Part shown: positions 1 through 12,700 of the stretch, piece by piece | Position numbering within the stretch: position 1 is the first letter of the stretch | Layout: each line of letters opens with the position of its first letter | DNA from: Eledone cirrhosa | Taxonomy: Eukaryota | NCBI GenBank assembly: GCA_964016885.1 | Contig: OZ024744.1 | Coordinates: 12,338,001-12,402,000, forward strand | Reading direction: 5' to 3' | DNA: 64,000 nucleotides | Made by a program: the position numbers and the translations under genes | The notes under the pieces: model-generated | What the model was told of the DNA's origin: nothing | Database searches by the model: none | The model's input: the letters and a program-made list of their open reading frames with translations, nothing else

Positions 1-2722
1 TTATTGTGAAGAATGCACCTCCCAACATAGCCTCATAGTTAGTGACCTCATAGTCAGGACTAGATGTACTCGACATCAGAGGAGGCCTACCCTGATGAGA
101 AGAATATGAAAGTTAAAGGACCCCATAACCAGTGACAAATTTAAAAGCTTATTACTTGATGCCTCTGACAATAAGGAAGAGCAATTAGAGACGTACAATA
201 TAGAGGAACAGTGGGAATTCTTGAAAGTTAACCTGCTGAAGGCGACAGATGAAATCTGTGGCTGGAGCAGACCTATAGGTAGGAGGAGAGTAACTTGGTG
301 GTGGAACAGTAAGGTGGAGGAGTCAATCAAGGCCAAAAAGAAAGGCTTGGACAGTATGGCAGGATGGAGGAAGTAGAGAACACTATGAAGTGACCAGGAG
401 AGAAGCTAAGAGACAAGTGTACTTTGCAAGAAGGGAAGTAGAGGATAGAAAGTTCAAGTATGTTTACAACGTGAGGTGTTCAGACAATGTGTCAAGGAAA
501 ACCGTGATATTGTTGGGGAGAAGTGTGCCCGTAATGATGATGGTGTACTTGCCCTCACTGATACTGATAAGCAGATAGCTTGCAAGTGTCACTACGAGAG
601 ACTATTAAATGAGGAGAATAAATGAGATAAAGATACTCTGCCCCAAATCCATCCAATAGAAGGACCAGCGGTGCAAGTTAAAGCTATTATAATAAGTAAG
701 GCAATCAAAGATATGAAGACATGCAAGGCAGCTGGGCCTTCGGAGATAGTTGCTGAGATGTTGAAGGCATCTGGAATGGTGGGACATACTATGGTCACCC
801 GTATAGTTAACCAAGTAATATAGAATGGCGTCATACCATCACCATTAACTGCTACAAGGGTAAAGGGGATGCACTAGATAGGGGAAACTATAGAGGCATT
901 AAGTTAGTTGACCAGGTCATGAAGGTCACAGAAAGAGTTATAGCACAACTAATCAGAGAATGAATTGATCTAGATGAAATGCAGTTTGGGTTTGTGTCAG
1001 GTAAAAGTACCACAAACACTCTTTTCATCATACGACAACTACAGGAGAAGTACCTAGCTAAAAGTAAACCCTTCTACTTAGCTTTTGTAGACCTGGAGAA
1101 AGCCTTTGACAGAGACCCCTGCTCCATTATCTGGTGGGCTCTTAGAAAACCAGGTGTAGATGAATGGCTTGTGAGAGCTATACAAGCTATGTATAAAGAA
1201 ACAGTCAGTAAGGTTAGAATTAACAATGAATATTGTGAAGAATTTAGTGTAAAAGTTGGTGTTCATCAAGGCTCTGTCCTTAGCCGCCTTCTATTTATTA
1301 TTGCCCTTCAGGCTATAACAGGGGAGTTTAAGACCGGCTGCCCATGGGAACTCCTATACACAGATGATATAACTCTCATAGCTGAATCTATGGCTGAACT
1401 AGAGAAGAAATTCCAAACATGGAAGAATGGCCTAGAATCAAAAGACCTTAAAGTTAACTTGTCTAAGACTAAAGTTCTAGTTTGTAGAAAGGAAAATAGA
1501 GTACAGGTGCCCTCAGGCAAATGGCCATGCTCAGTGTGTAGGAAAGGAGTAGGCAGAAATTCCATTTTATGTCCCAAATGCAAACTATGGGTACATAAAA
1601 GATGTAGTGGGATCACAGGTAAACTATCTAAGAACGTAGACTTTATATGTGGGCGATGCTCAGGTGCAATAAGTAGCAAGTGACCACAGGATACTAGCTC
1701 CTTCTATTGCCCAGATGGTTCTATAGAAATAGTAGACACTTTCCGTTGCCTGGGTGACGAAATCAGCAGTGGAGGAGGGTGTTCTGAAAGTACAGTAGCC
1801 AGAGTCAGAACGGGATGGAAAAAGTTCAGAGAGCTTATATCGCTGTTGACCACAAAAGGCTTCCATCTAAAAATGAAAGGCAGATTGTATGATGCCTGTA
1901 TACGAACAGCAATGTTACATGGCAGTGAGACATGGACATTGCGTGCAGAGGATATACGCAGACTGGAAAGGAACAAAGCATGCATTCTCCGTTGGATGTG
2001 TAATAGTAATATACGTGAAGAGCAAAGCATAAATGAACTAAGTGAGAAATTAGGAATAAGAGGGATCAGATGTTGTTTACTCGAGAGAAGACTACATTGG
2101 TATGGCCACGTGATGCGCATGAAAGATGACAGCTGTATAAAAAAGTGCAGGGCGATAAAACTTGATGATAGTTACGGAGTAGGTAGACCCAGAAAAACCT
2201 GGGACGATTTGATAAATTCCGACCTACACACTTACACCTCTCCAAGACAATGTCACTGGACCAAGACCTTTGGCACTACGCAGTAATACAGAAAACCCGC
2301 CTTGCCTGTGTACAAAGCGAAACCTACAGTCAGTAGGCACCTCTTAATCAAATATACACCCCTATCCCACTACCCCAACTCCCCCACCCCCATCAACACC
2401 ACTCCTTTCTCTGTAATGTTATGTTGGTACCACAACATCCAGTACTAAATAAATGAGGTTGTGTAGGTGTTACGACAAAAAAACACAGTCCACACTGTAA
2501 TGTGGCCGTGTAGGTAACACGGTAACAAGTTCCCAGTTCCACACTGTAAATGTGGGGGTGTTAGGAAGGGCATCCAGCCGTAGAAAACCTGCCAGATAGT
2601 CCTATATGAGCGAGACATGGTCATCCGACCAACCTTGCCTCAAGTGGGACAACTCCCGTCTAACCCATGCTAGCGTGGAAGATGGACATTAAACATTGAT
2701 GCTGATGATGATTATGATGATG
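1..2722 (+). mobile_element. RTE-clade LINE, decayed, 5' part outside window
   Basis: RT motifs QFGF, DLEKAFD, GVHQGSVLS, YTDD, then RLHWYGHV and GRPRKTW; internal PHD-like finger; 3' UTR ending in a (GAT)n tail; stops and frameshifts. Confidence 0.92.
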
Positions 2723-3988
2723 TCCCAGCACAGCTGCTACATGTGAAGCCTACATTCTTAGTTAAACTTCCTGAGATCCCACTACATCTCTTGTGTACCC
2801 ATTGTTTACATTTGGGGCAGAGAATGGAGTTCCTACCTACATACTGAGCAAGGCCATTCCCCTGAGGGGATCTGGGTTCTGTTTTCTCATCTACTTACTA
2901 GGACCTTAGTCTGTCTGGTTGACTTTGAGACCCTTTCTTTCTAGTCCCTGCTTCCAAGTTTGGAATTTCTTCTCTAGTTCTACCATAGATTCAGCTATAA
3001 GTGCGAGGTCATCAGCATACAGGAGTTCCCATGGGCATCCGGTCTAAACTCCTCTGTTATTGCCTACAGGACTATGATGAACAGGAGAGGGCTAAGAACA
3101 GAGCCCTGGTGGACACCGACCTGTATGCTAAATTCCTCGCTATAGTCATTGTTAACCCTAATTTTGATGACTGCTCCCCTATACATGGCTTGTACATCTT
3201 TCACAAGCCATTCATCTACTCCTATTTTTATAAGAGCCCACCAGATTATAGCACGGGGAACTCTGTCAAAAGTTTTCTCCAGATCAACAAATGCCAGGTA
3301 GAGTGGCTTACTTTTAGCTAGGTACTTTTCCTGTAACTGCCTCACAAGGAAGAGGGCATCAGTGGTGCCTATTCCTGGTACAAAGCCAAATTGCATCTCA
3401 TCTAGTTTCACCCGGTCCCTAATCAACTGTGCTATAACTCTTTCTGTTACTTTCATGACCTGGTCCATCAGCTTTATACCTCTATAGTTTCTTCTATCTA
3501 GTGCATCACGTTTACCTTTGTAGCAGTTGACAATGATGCTACTGCACCAATCTTTTGGTATGACACCTTCTAGTATTACCTGGTTAACAATACGTGTGGT
3601 TATAGTGTGACCTACAGACCCAGATGCCTTCAGCATCTCGGCAGCTATACCCGATGGACCAGTTGCCTTCCTCATCTTCATATCTTTGATTGCCTTACTT
3701 ACTACGCTGCTGCTGACTTGTACTGCTGGCCCCTCTATAGGGTCTACTTGGAGTAGGGTCTCTTCTTCCCATGCATTCTCCTCATTTAGTAATCTATCAT
3801 AATGACTCTTCCATGGATCTTTCTTCTCAACACTTGTGAGGGCAAGCTCACCTGTATCATTCCGGACACACTTCTCTCCAATGACATCACAATTTTCTCT
3901 AACACACTGCTTCGCAATCCTGAACACCTGTTTCTGGTCCTCACACTGCAAAACATGCTTGAATTTTCTATCCTCCCCTTCCCTTCTA
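2723..3988 (-). mobile_element. RTE LINE, RT half (continues at 7550-8800)
   Basis: ORF 3064..4413 C-terminal part: NYRGIKLM, QFGF, DLEKTFDRV, GVHQGSVLSP. Interrupted by a CR1 insertion. Confidence 0.9.
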
Positions 3989-6900
3989 ATAATAATAATG
4001 AAATTATTGTGTAAAGTGCTCAGGTGCATGTATAGTACATAGAATAATATACAAATGTCAGGGAAGTGAACAGTGTATGAGTCATGATATACATGTGTGT
4101 ATATATGTGGAGGGGGAACATAGGTGTAGTGTTGGCGAATCTCGGGAAGCATGGAGGTTTTAAAGGATGCAGTGTCTCCACAGCTAATAACTGATGCAGA
4201 TAGTTTGTTCCATGCTTCAGCAACTTTGAGCGTGAAAAAATGTTTCCGAAAGTCATGGGAGCTGTGCTGTTTTCTGACTTTGTGGGCATGTCCATGTGTG
4301 TTAGACACATGGAAATCAAAAAGGTACTCAGGGTTGTTGTTGGCAAGATGGTTAACAATTTTGTGGGTGTTTATCAAGTCAGTTGCCAGGTGTCGGAGCT
4401 TCAATGTATCCATGCCCAGGGAAGCAAGGTGTTCAAAGTATGGTAGATGCCTGATGGAGGGTATTCACTTGGTTGCACGTCTCTGAACAGTTTCCAAGCG
4501 GTCAATATTCTGAGCAAGATAGGGGTTCCAGACTGGTGATGCAAATTCTAAGTGTGGCCGCACCATAGCCATGTACAGCCTTAAATAGATAGATGGAGAG
4601 CGGCTGACAAAGGTCTTGCTGAGTGATGCTAAGACACCCTCAGCCCTCTTGACAATTTTAGAGATGTGCTTCGTCCAACGCAAATCGCTGCTGACCGTAA
4701 TACCCAGGTCACGTTCACAAGAAGACTTCTTGATATTAGTGCTGTGGAGGGAGTATGTGGATGCTGGGTTTTTACTCCCAAAATGCATGGTGGTGCACTT
4801 GTCCACAGCTAGCTTGAGTTGTCAGTCTGAGATCCATTGTTGCATTGTGTCCAGGTCAGACTGCAAGCAAGATCTATAGTGTTCAGGATCTGTCCTTTTT
4901 ATCTCAAGGTACAGCTTGATGTCATCTGCGTACTTTAGTACTGTGGCATTCTTTAAGTTGGCATCTATGTCATTAATATATGCTAAGAACAGATCCCTGT
5001 GGTACACCAGATGACATCTAATATGGTGGGGAATGCTGTCCCAGAACCGTGACTACCCCTCTTCGATTGAGAATGAAGGACTTCAACCAGTTAAAAAGAT
5101 CATCCTTCACACTCATTGCAGAGAGTTTTGCCATAAGCCTTTTGTGTGGCACAGAATTGAAAGCTTTCGCAAAGTCAAGGTAAACAACATCCACCCATGA
5201 GCCGCCATCAGTGATCCGGGTGATGTACTCAAGAAACTCGATAAGTTGATCTCAGCAGCTGGAGTTGGGGATAAATCCAAATAGCGAGGGCTGGATAAGA
5301 CTGTGAGAGTTCCAGAAGTTCCAAAGTGTTTCTCTGACACAGGATTCCATCAGTTTGGCAATGCAACTAGTAAGACTGACTGGACGATAGTTCACAGTTG
5401 ATGTGCAGTCACCCTGTTGTTCAGACAGAATTGGAAGAAGCGTGATAGCTGGTGCAGAAAGAAGTACCCACCACATTTAAAAAGCAGGTATGTAACACCA
5501 TCAAGACCAGGAAAGGCATGGTTGCGTTTATTTTTTAGGTGATGTCGCAGCATTGCAGGTGTAAATTCCATGGTTGTAATAGAGTCCGGTGTCATAGGTG
5601 GTGGAGATGGTACACTCTGGTCTTCAATAGTGAAAATGCCTGCATAGCATTCAGCAATGAGCTCTGCGCATTCCTTTGGGTCGTCAGTAACCTGGCTTGT
5701 GTGGGGATTGTGAAAAGGACCAACTGGAGAGTGAGTCCTCTGCTTTGAGTGAACATACTTCCAGAACACCTTACTGTCAGGGCTGGTTGCTATGCGCTGC
5801 TCAAATTGAAGCACTGTCTTTTTTGTCACCTGTTTGAGGTGGTTGGACCATTTATTTCACCTCTTCCTATTGATGTCTGATTATGCAGTTTGTACTCATG
5901 TTCAGCATTGCGACGACGTTCTTTTCTGGCAAGACGGACTGTTGCAGTCTCCCAAATTGCACTTTTGGGATGTTTTTTCTGCTTACGTGGCACCGATGTT
6001 GCACATGCTGTCCATATTGAGCTCAGGATGTTCTGGAGTACAGTGTTGACATCTCCAGAGTCGTAGAACTCAAGCCAGTTTGGCCGTTGCAACTCGGTGC
6101 AGTAACAGTTCCAGTCTGCTTTATTCCAGTCAAAGTGAGCAGTTTGGAGATGGTTGTGGTTCTTGTTACTGTCCATGAGGGATAGATTGGCAATGATCAT
6201 AGCATGATCAGAGTCACCTAAAGGTTCCTCAGCAGTAACACTAATGACCGTTTCAGGAGTAGTGGTGAAGAGTAGGTCCAAAGTGTTGTCACCTCTTGTT
6301 GGGGAGGTGACCACTTGGGACCAACTCGAGTCCAACACTAGCTCAAGGAAGTCATTTGCACTTGGTGGCCAACGAAAGGTTTCCCAGTCAATCTCAGGGT
6401 GATTGAAGTCTCCTGCAATAAAAACATAAATGGCTGTCTTCCTGGCAGCAGCTCTGAGGATATCACAAAGTTGAGTGTCCTGATGGTAATTTGGGGGACG
6501 GTAAACGACTCCAAGTAGCAGTGTTGACATGGTCATACGTATATCGCAGAAAAAAACTTCCTGCTGTGATTGGTTCAAATCAACACAAGGAATTGCCGAC
6601 AAATTTGACCAAACGTAGACCATTACACCACCACCACCACGATTAATGCGGTCTTTACGAAACAGGTTGTAGCCAGTCATGCTGAAAACCCCATCACAGA
6701 GTAAGGGATGTGCCCAAATTTCCGTAACTGTAATGAAGTCAGGGTTGATACTTTTGACGTAGGAGTCAAAAAGATGAATTTTATTACATAGACTACATGC
6801 ATTCAAGGACAACAATTTGTACCTTGATTCCAGTCTATGATTATGTGCAGTGGATGGCAGGTTGTTCTGATTTAGTTTCCCAGAGTTTTTTCAGTTTTTT

Positions 6901-7549
6901 TATTGTCAGTTGTTGTGGGTACAGTGTTTTCAGGCCAGCTGGTGTCTCTTTTCCATGTTTCACTAGCTTTAACAAACTTCCATATCTGCCCATCATCACG
7001 TAGGCTGAAGCTTTCATGTTCTGCCGAGCTGCGTTTTAAGGAAGTTGCAGCGCGCATCTCTGGGCGGACATCAGGTGGAAGACCAGAGCGTGTTCGGAAA
7101 GCAATCCGACTTTCACGCCTAGCTTTATCAGAGGCTACAAGGTATGAACATGTCTCAGTTGAGTTTGAAAACGACAGTCTAATTAGCCTGGGTTTCGGGC
7201 CTGGTCGGCCAAGGCGTAGAGCACCCTTCGCGGGAGCACAGCCCAAGTCTTTGGATGAACTGGCAGCAAAGGCCTGAAGATCAACTATGTCTTCTGGTAC
7301 CAATGGCAATCACTTCGTGGTTTGCAGATTCAGTGACATTCTCAATGCGTTTAGGTTCAACATGAGGTACGCGGAGATTTTTTAACAAGGCACTCCAGTA
7401 AGATCCCTCATTGTGAGGTTCTACACAAACACTTGATTTTATACCCGCTATTTCTCGGCTAAAAGCAAAAATCATTTGCCGTATTTCCTCAAACTCCATA
7501 TTGACGGTCGATTTTTGTTGTTGTTCTTCTTCAGCAGGCATGGTAGGGG
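3989..7549 (-). mobile_element. CR1-clade LINE (partial ORF1, APE endonuclease, RT), decayed
   Basis: EN motifs GVVYRPP, GDFN, LDL, SDH; RT motifs NYRPVSLTS, YADD; CR1-type C-terminus RKHFFTLKVAEAWNKL; (ATT)n tail; flanked by a TTCTA duplication. Confidence 0.9.
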
Positions 7550-8800
7550 TTCTAGCTAAGTATACTTGTCGCCTAGCTTCCCTCCTGGTCTCTATGTAAT
7601 GTACCCTACTTCCACCCTTCTCTTCTTTCCATGCTTGTCTCTTAGCCTTAATTGTTTCATCTACCTTATTGTTCCACCACCAAGTCACTCTCCTCCTCCC
7701 TGTGGTCTTGCTCCAACTACAAATTATGTCCGTCGCCTTTAGTAAGTTATTTTTTAGGAACTCCCAGTGCTCTTATACATTGAATGTCTCTATCTGTTCT
7801 TCTTTGCTGTCACAGGTTTCGAGTAAAATATCTTTAAATCTGTTACTGACTGAGAGGTCTTCCAGATCTTTCTTCTCCAGGTTGGCTTCTGTTTCCAAGT
7901 TTGTCTAGTTCTGACACTGAGGTCGCTGACAACTAAGCTATGTTGGGAGGTACATTCTTCACCAGGGAAGGCTTTTGTGTTTACAACCGTCCATCTATCT
8001 CATCCTCTGATAAGGACAAAATCTATCTGACTAGAGTGCTCCCCTGATCTATAGGTGATCAGATGGTTGTCAGGTTTTTTGAAGTTTGTGTTACATATTG
8101 ACATGTCATTGGTGTCACAGAATTCTAGAAGCCTGAAGCCTTCTTCATTTCTTGCACCAAACCCGTAGCCTCCATGACTCTATAGAAGCTGTCATGGTGT
8201 TTCCCAACGTGTCCGTTAAAGTCTCCTGCAATGATTAGGAAGTAATTGTCGTTTGTTAGGTCAGTAGTGTGAATTAAGGACTCGTAAAACCTATTCTTAA
8301 GTTCGTCTGGCAACCCCAATTGGGGTGCATAAGCTGATATGATTGTAGCAATTGTTTTTATTCAGGACTAGTCTGAGTTTAATGGTTCTTTCATTCACCC
8401 TGTTAACTGAGATTACCTTATCTACCCAATTGTCAGCTAATAGTATACCTACACCACCCATCCCGTTGTCATTTCCCACCCAGAAAAATTTGTAGCACTA
8501 ATTTTTGTCTACAAGCACTCTAGTGGACTCTCCTCTCCATCTAGTCTCTTGCACACAGCATACGTCAATTTCCTATCACTCTAGCATCTCTACGATTTCT
8601 CCTGCTCTTCCTTTCATTGTGCTTACGTTGATGGTACCAACTCGGAGTTTTGAGCGTTTGGTTTGCCATCATTAGTGGGAGAGGGTGATTTTTTTGCAGG
8701 GGAAGGGGGTAAGTATGCTACCTGTCTCTGAATTAAAGCTTCGCATGGGTGCTTGGTAACTTGCGGATTCATATTCGTTTATTAATTTTGGGTTTTTTCC
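7550..8800 (-). mobile_element. RTE LINE, endonuclease half (5' boundary approximate)
   Basis: GGVGILL, IIAGDFNGHVG, TWWWN motifs; sequence joins seamlessly to 3988 across the CR1. Confidence 0.85.
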
Positions 8801-9097
8801 ATTTATCCTCAGCTCATAACGGTAAAGGAATTATTTGGTGCAGGGCTAGAAGGACAGTATTAGTAGTAGTAGTAATGGCAGAGTTTGTTGGGGTTGGTAA
8901 TGGAATTGTGAGATAGGTAGCCATCATGGCATATAACATCACAGGAGATTTGGGTGAAATAAGCCGGTACAAGTAGGCGTATTAGACAAGGTGAATATGC
9001 GAGGATTTCGAAGATGGTCACCTAGCTTTGTAAACCTCGAAATGAAATATTTAGTAATCCATTTTGCCTTTCAGAAATCAACATATATATATAAATT

Positions 9098-9443
9098 AAT
9101 AAAAACAAAGAACAAGTTCCTTATATTAAAAAATTCATTATTTTACTATCGTTTCTAGGATATATATATGTGTGTTGGTATGTATATCATATAGATCTAT
9201 GTAAAAATATTACAAACTATCAGAGGAAATATACATACCTACACATATATATGCTGTCTTCAAATAATAATTATTATCTGAAGACAGCATATATATGTGT
9301 AGGTATGTATATTTCCTCTGATAGTTTGTAATATTTTTACATAGATCTATATGATATACATACCAACACACACATAGATATCCTAGAAACAATCGTAAAA
9401 TAATGAATTTTTTAATATAAAGAACTTGTTCTTTGTTTTTATT
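9098..9443. repeat. Near-perfect 346-bp palindrome (173-bp arms, no spacer) within a hammerhead-bearing cassette (~9083-9595)
   Basis: Centre ataataa|ttattat at 9270/9271; arms reverse-complementary with few mismatches. Confidence 0.95.
9270..9404 (+). ncRNA. Type I hammerhead-like motif with long stem II (degenerate; mirror copy 9137-9271 on -)
   Basis: CTGAAGA 9278-84; stem II includes ggtatgtatat/atatacatacc; GAAAC-aatc-GTA 9386-97; stem I attatt(a)t/aaataat. Confidence 0.55.
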
Positions 9444-9621
9444 CATTGTTTTTATTAATTTATCTTGACTCTGTTTTCCTGTGATATTCATCGAAAATTT
9501 TTGAATGCATCTTCTCTTTTCATGATATTTGGATTATATTGAGTTCTTCATACGGATTGGACACTACCGTATATTTTGGTAGATTTATCTACTTGTATAT
9601 ATATATTTATTTCTTTTCCAG

Positions 9622-9696
9622 GATTTGAAGACAACTCAAAAAAGAAACCACGATATTATTGAAAATATTAAATTAAGAGTACATAATATCACTCAA
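9622..9696 (+). CDS. CCDC42: Internal exon of CCDC42/CFAP73-family coiled-coil protein (DLKTTQKRNHDIIENIKLRVHNITQ)
   Basis: Acceptor ttcttttccag, donor gtgagt, 75 bp open, phase 0/0. Joins in frame to exon 19875. Resembles the CCDC42 segment before EKxxEIL as recalled from vertebrate CCDC42. Confidence 0.72.
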
Positions 9697-9719
9697 GTGA
9701 GTTCTTTAATTTTCTTTTA

Positions 9720-12700
9720 TTTCATCATCATCATCACCATCATTACCACCACCACCATCATCATCCTTATCATCACCATACAATAATTACCATTCTCTAC
9801 CTGCTTCTCTCCATCATCATCACCAACAGCACCACAACAACAACCACCACCACCACCACCACAACTGCCACCATCACAATCACCACCACAACCACCACCA
9901 CCACAACGACCACAACCACCACAACCACCACCACCACAACCACCACAACAACAACCACAACTACCACAACCTCCACCACAACCACCACAACAACAACCAC
10001 CACCGCCACCACAACTACCACTACCACTACCACAACCACCACCACCACAACTACCACTACCCCCACCACCACCACCACCACAACCACCATCATCACCACC
10101 ACAACCACCACCCACACAACCACCTCCACAACAACCACCACAACCACAACCACCACCACCACAACCACCAACACCAAAACCACTACCACCACCACCACAA
10201 CCACCACCACCAACACCACTACCACCACCACCACAACCACCACAACCACAAACACCACAACAACAACCACAACTACCACAACCTCCACCACAACCACCAC
10301 AACAACCACCACCACCGCCACCACAACTACCACTACCACTACCACTACCACCACCACCACAACTACCACTACCCCCACCACCACCACCACCACAAACACC
10401 ACCATCACCACCACAACCACAACCACCACAACCACAACCACCACCACAACCACCACCACAACCACCACCACCACCACAACCACCAGCACAACCACCACCA
10501 CCACAACCACCACCACCATAACCACCACCACCAACACCACTACCACCACCACAACCACAACCACCACCACAACCGCCACCACAACCACCACCACCACCAC
10601 AACCAGCACCACAACCACCACCACCAACACCACAACCACCACCACCACAACCACCACCACCAACACCACTACCACCACCACAACCACAACCACCACAACC
10701 AACACCACAACAACCACAACTACCACTACCACCACAACCACCACAACAACCACAACTACCACCACCACCACCATAACAACAACCACCACCACCACCACCC
10801 ACCACCACCTCCACCACCACAACTACCACTACTACCACAACCTCCACCACAACAATCACCACCACTACAACAACGACAACCACAGCCACAACTACCACAA
10901 CCTCCCCCACCAACATCACCACCACAAACTCCACCACCACCACCACCACCACCACCACCACCACCACCACTAACACCACCACCACCACCACCACCACCAC
11001 CACCACCACCACCACAACCATCAACACCACCACCACCATCAACATCATCACCATCACCACCTCAACACCACCACCAACACCACCAACACCACTACCACCA
11101 CCACCATCACCACCACAACCACCACCAACATCATTACCACCACCACCACAACCACCACCACCACCACAACCACCAACAACAAACCACCACCAACACCACC
11201 ATTACCATCATCACCACAACCACCACCACCAACACCACCACCACCACCACCACAACCACAACCACCACAACCACCACCACCACAACCACCACCACCAACA
11301 CCACTACCACCACCACCACTACCACCAACACCACAACCATCACCACCACAACCACCACCACCAACACCACTACCACCACCACCACAACCACCACAACCAC
11401 CACCTACACAACCACCACCACCAACACCACTACCACCACCACCACAACAAAAACACCACAACCACCACCACCACAACCACCACCACCAACACCACAGCCA
11501 CCACCACCACAACCACCACCACCAACACCACTACCACCACCACCACAACCACCAACACCACAACCACCACAACCACCACCACCACCACAACCACCACCAC
11601 AACCACCAACACCACAACCACCACCACCACAACCACCACCACCAACACCACAACCACCACCACCACCACAACCACCACCACCACAACCACCACCACCAAC
11701 ACCACAACCACCACCACCAACACCACTACCACCACCACATCAACCACCAACACAACAACCACCGCAACCACCACCACCACCACAACCACCACCACAACCA
11801 CCAACACCACATCCACCTCCACCACAACCACCACCACCAACACCACAACCACCAACACCACAGCCACCACAACCACCACCACCAGAACCACCACCACAAC
11901 CACCACCACAACCACCACCACCACCACAAACACCACCACCAACACCACAACCACTACCACCACCAGCACAACCACCAACACCACAACCACCACAACCACC
12001 ACCACAAACACCACCACAACCACCACCAACACAACCAGCACCACCAACACAACCACAACCACCACAACCACAACCACCACCACCAACACCACTACCACCA
12101 CCACAACCACCACCACCACAACCACCACCACCAACACCACAACCACCACCACCACCACAACCACCACCACCACAACCACCACCACCAACACCACAACCAC
12201 CACCACCAACACCACTACCACCACCACATCAACCACCAACACAACAACCACCGCAACCACCACCACCACCACAACCACCACCACAACCACCAACACCACA
12301 TCCACCTCCACCACAACCACCACCACCAACACCACAACCACCAACACCACAGCCACCACAACCACCACCACCAGAACCACCACCACAACCACCACCACAA
12401 CCACCACCACCACCACAAACACCACCACCAACACCACAACCACTACCACCACCAGCACAACCACCAACACCACAACCACCACAACCACCACCACAAACAC
12501 CACCACAACCACCACCAACACAACCAGCACCACCAACACAACCACAACCACCACAACCACAACCACCACCACCAACACCACTACCACCACCACAACCACC
12601 ACCACCACAACCACCACCACCAACACCACAACCACCAACACCACAACCACCACAACCACCACCACCACCACAACCACCACCACAGCCACCACCACCACAA

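Noticed and set aside
3064-4413. 449-aa ORF as a single gene
   Set aside because: Chance read-through from the CR1 3' end into the RTE it interrupted.
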